Positions 47,002 to 51,359 of a stretch of DNA of 51,359 bases are shown piece by piece. The translations under genes and the position numbers were made by a program. The stretch is from Marsupella aquatica. Its lineage: Eukaryota; Plantae; Marchantiophyta. The stretch is from the NCBI GenBank assembly GCA_973895155.1, contig OZ316895.1, positions 23,596,722 through 23,648,080 of the forward strand. The letters run 5' to 3'. Under the pieces are notes generated by a model. It searched no databases. It was not told the DNA's origin and saw only the letters and a list, made by a program, of their open reading frames with translations. Position 1 is the first letter of the stretch, and each line of letters begins with the position of its first letter.

Positions 47002-50000
47002 TTACAACATGCCTTGATGGCCTTGAAATGCAGCCTCAGCACGTGCCTCATGCAACAGAGAGGACAGTTCCTGAACTACTGTTGAAGAAGGAGAATGAGT
47101 CACGGAGAGAATATCCATAGCCTGGGATAAGGCCTCCACAGCCTCCTTTGTGTTGCTAAGAAACCTGCAAATAGTGCAGCTTCAATCACTTTCTGGCCTA
47201 CTTGAATTGTAATTCTCCATACTTCATATCACTTCAACAGATCACGATATATAATTCCACGTACTGTCCTGGATGATGTCCCAGAGAACTTGAGTTTGGT
47301 TTTGGTGTGATGAGACTTACCACTCCAGCCTCCCAAGCGTAAAATATTGGAGACCCAAAAGTGGAGAATGTGATGAATATGCTCCTGCACCGAACACATG
47401 AATCATCAGATCAACGGGCATACGATGCCCTTTCCCCCCCGACTCAGATAAGAGCTGAAAAGAGAAACTCATCATAGAAACTAAATATGACGATTTCACG
47501 CTTGAGAATCTCAACAATCAAACGAGTCGGAAGGCACAATGTGAATGGCAATAGTTTCTACCGATTGAAACAGAACCTACTTTCATATGCAGGCAATGTC
47601 ATCTGGCAGTACATCTGGGCAGCGTTCCAGTCTTGTAACGACATGCAAATCTGCACAAGTAGTCCCAAAGAGCTTCAGTTCCCTCTCAGGTGACACTACT
47701 GTGCAACTTGGGACCGTCAATAGTGACCTCCAGAAAAGAAGTAAATAATTTAACTTGTAAAGTCCATGTGCTAGGGTACCTAGCATCCACAATCGAACTT
47801 GATACTGGGATGACCATAAAGAATTTACAAAGCATGCAATTGCTTTTGGAAATGTCTATCATAATAGAAAGACAAAGGCACACTCAAACAGAAGAGTATA
47901 TTGCTTTGGATGGATCAGAAATAACCTTCAACAAACTGTCTCTAGTTCGCATGAGATGGACTGAATATCGATGCCAGACTTTTGCCTGGAGTGCCTCCCC
48001 CTGCTCATACCTTGCTCGAATATCATCTGCTCTTGTTAAGGTGGACCATCGTTAAAGGTAAGAACCACCAGTGATGCTTCGGTTATAGAAAAAAACTATT
48101 TTTCCCATAACACGAATGTCCCCTGGGAGACTTCGGGGTCAAGCTTCCTTTGATCAAGAATACAAACCACTTGGAATTCAAACGAGAGCATCGGCTCTAG
48201 TTTCATTGAATTTGGCACAGTTGTCAACGATTGTTCTAAACCCCCATAAAGCACCTAATTCAGTACTAAAAAAAACCATCAAGGCGGCGCAAAGTGAAAA
48301 CGCAGGACAATGACTGAGATTGATATTCTCCACCGTGCCATGACCTTATAATTCCTTCAGTTATAATTCCTTCAGTTTTTCTGTGCTTGTCCTGTTTCAT
48401 ATATGAAAGCAATAATTGCACAACATTAATTCAGTACATATTTTTGTCAGGATACTGCCAGAAACGTTTGCTTTGCTAGCCTCCTCCAACAGTTTCTTTG
48501 CTTCCAAACCCAGAGCTTTTACCTTCACTTCTACCTGGATTGATCCACATGAATAGCAGACTAACCGCTTTCCATCTGCAGGAAGATCATTTTGTGAGAT
48601 GCAGAGCTTGTGCATGGTTCGGAGGTGTGATTTCAGAAACTCCTACATTAAAATTGTATAGAGAACAACTAGATATTAAATGCTACTGGACCTTACCTGA
48701 TAGTGGCAATGAGGCACCTTCACAGTCTGCTTTTAAACATCTGTAACCCTCCAGGATAGCGTCATCTATCATACCTTCCGAAGTTTCCTGTCCAAAGCTT
48801 CGAGCACAGTTAATGAACTTGTCACAAAAATTGATTTTAGGAGATCGTTTGGAAGCAATTAATCCACCCTCCCCGACACTCTCGATCAAAGTAATCGTAG
48901 GCTCTTTGAAACATACTTATGCATGAAAGCTTGCTTGGATACACAAGCGATGATACATGTCTTTCAACTTGCAAGTACACGAGAGTAAATTACCCTTCGC
49001 ATGCAGCAAGAACAAGAGCACTCAAAAAAGTACTGCTCCTTAAGGGCTTTCTGTCGAGTTGGTGTGCTTGCTGCAAGGTCAACGTAGCTTATTGTAACCT
49101 GCATATCAAAGGAAGTCGTATAAGAGCATTGTTCTTTCCTGGACTGGTTGGTAAGGACCATATATGTTTCATGAGAAAAAGTCATAGATCCTTCTGGGAG
49201 GACAGGAGCTACTGGATGCAATTCTACCGGAAATCTGCATCTTGTGATGAAAACAGATTCGAAGTCTCTGGCTGAACACTGGTAAATACAGATACATCAT
49301 GGCTGCCGTCCTTGTGTGTACGATCGCACTATTTACTGCAACCCACTGTAACGATCAAAACTCAAACAGGATCTCTTGCAGGTCACCCTAGAATGGATGA
49401 GCAAGGAACCTGCGATTCAACATTTCACTCTAATTGAAACACCGTATTTTGACGTCAGGACGTACCTCAGTGCCTTCACTGACGTTCTCCAAAAATCGGA
49501 CGACTGCTTTCTTACCATCAAATAAGAGCACTGCATTTGGCGAACAGCTGCGATGTCCATGGCAACCAAACATCAGTTTCAAAAACATTCTGGACAAGTT
49601 TAGTAGCGCCAGCATGTAATCAAGAGCCAAAACTTAATACAGATTTTGACTTAATCCAGCACCTAAGCATCTATGAAAGACAACATAGGAGAGAAGACTC
49701 ACCTATGGTTGATGATAGAGACGACAGGATAAAGGCCGGTACCTAGGGGCCTTAACTCTTCATCACAAATCGTATGTGCATTACAGGCAAACTGCAAACA
49801 ACATCCAAAGTGGTTTCAAAACGGGCAGATATCCTCCACAAGCGGTTTCCAAAGAGCATTCCAACGAGCAAGCTGGGACGCAAACTTACCCTAGAAAATA
49901 ACTGCGCAGTCTCCTTCAAGTCCATTGGCATCGGAGAAATAACTAGCTTCACCAAATTTGCCATCTGCCCAAACACTACCAAGCGTTCTGCACTTGTCTC

Positions 50001-51161
50001 GGAGAAATCTGTGCAATTGTCAAGGAAATATTGCAAGAGGGAATGAAAATATCGGTGCCATTAAGCGGATCTAGTGTCGAGATGAATAACTCAGATGGAG
50101 GATCAGTAGAGTAGGATACGCGTTGGCAAAGCCTCCACGAGCTCAAACGTATCCACTGGTGTCCTGAGGATGACCTAGGATAGAGTGAAATCATTGAGTG
50201 AGGGGGGGCCGAACAAGGACCAAGCTGTGAATGATCCCACCTTCAAAACTGGCACTGCAAACTCAAGAGCCTCAAATCAATGTACTGTTTGATGTGAAAA
50301 ACAGGAGCTACACCCAAAGAATTATCATTCACTTCCCCAATTATGTAAAACGACGGTGAAACAGTGTGTCGAGTTTGCGTCCAAAAAAAGCAATGGGTAG
50401 TAAGCACCAACACTCACACCATCGGATTGAAGGCGTCTCTTCACCAGAAGTCTGACCATCAAGCGCAGTGTAGGCGTTTGGAGTCTCTGCTTCTCCTGCA
50501 TAGGTCTGCTGCTCATTATCTTACATTCCCCCTTGTGCAACTTCCACTCTCTTCTCTGGCAAACAGTTCCCAGCCACAGGTCAGCAGCAGAGATACAGAC
50601 CAAAGTTTACGTGAACCATATAACATAAACCCCACAGCATGAATCCTAAATCTTGACCCCGGTCTAACTTGTCAATCTTGAAAACTGGTCTTATTAGTTC
50701 TTCAAGGGCTTCTGTAGGAGTTCTCCTTATGAGTAGAATCGTGAATAGTATTTAGTCAGAACTTTCCAGTTGCTATTTTATTTCAAAGAATATATTCAAA
50801 ATCGGTTGTTGACCTTACATGGTATTGTTTAGACAATAATTGCGATTCCTTAGCAAGTATTTCGCTTAGCGTTGCAAATCTTCCGAATGTATACAAATTT
50901 ATATATGAACATTCAAACCAATTGCTTCAAGTTACTCAAATTGCTAGCCAAAATCCATGCTAATGGCATCCGTTCAGACGCAAAGGTGATAGACATTCAT
51001 TCCAGAACACACCTGGCATAAAACGGAGCAGTAATGAACGGACTTGCAAGCAGAACATCGCAATAGATTGTCTGAAGGGATGAAACATCCGTCGCAACGC
51101 AGACCACTCGAATTTGCATCTAGCACGGAGCAGAAGGGATCCTGCTCCAGAGCGGTTTCTC
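47002..51161 (-). CDS. ASHR1: SET-MYND (SMYD-type) histone-lysine N-methyltransferase, 5'-partial. Exons 51161-51013, 50555-50418, 50174-50120, 50008-49890, 49791-49703, 49547-49466, 49098-48994, 48787-48697, 48575-48456, 48026-47926, 47650-47581, 47384-47321, 47164-47002
   Basis: All junctions are GT-AG and frame-consistent. MYND finger CDGC..CSAC..YCSVLCQ..WKLHKGEC; SET motifs GLYPVVSIINHSCSPN and VTISY; post-SET YFFECSCSCC; C-terminal SPLLGLQYFTLGRLEW..EARAEA; TAA at 47004-47002. Confidence 0.93.
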
Positions 51162-51359
51162 CTGCAAGTTTAATAAAACATCCCAAACTCAACTTCGATT
51201 AGGATCAGTTGAGAGTGCCAAACATTCTAACCGAGGTAATTTTCAAGTTGTCACCAAGAATGTAACGGAAAAACTTCCATCAGTTCAATTACAGCCTTCA
51301 TTTTCACCCTTCAGTTAACTCCATCACCAATTTTTTCTCAACTTTTCCGATTGCAGACC

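Noticed and set aside
44728-51161. Functional cluster of PsbTn with ASHR1 (or with MOT1)
   Set aside because: Unrelated conserved genes; convergent neighbours with no sequence evidence of shared regulation.

Overview
Eukaryotic nuclear DNA from a land plant. GT-AG introns and plant-type genes and transposons show this; a non-seed plant such as a bryophyte is an impression only. Five host genes are supported. (1) An intronless MOT1-family molybdate transporter (2047-3573, +). (2) A two-exon coiled-coil protein ending in a transmembrane segment plus a PPPT tail, a candidate KASH/LINC nuclear-envelope protein (14778-12549, -). (3) A divergently oriented 236-aa protein built from 11-residue amphipathic repeats (16943-17653, +). 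(4) The nuclear-encoded PSII 5-kDa protein PsbTn (44728-46068, +). (5) Thirteen exons of an ASHR1/SMYD-type SET-MYND methyltransferase (51161-47002, -), whose first exon lies outside the window. The rest is transposon debris: a Helitron 3' end with a minisatellite, a CACTA 3' end, a solo LTR, several MITEs, and a 15-kb PIF/Harbinger element with perfect 22-bp TIRs. That element contains a decayed transposase, a MITE and a Ty3/gypsy element whose RNase H is itself interrupted. The best novelty candidates are the KASH-like gene, its 11-mer-repeat neighbour and a MOT1 with an altered signature motif. All alignments and counts were done by eye; no database search was run.
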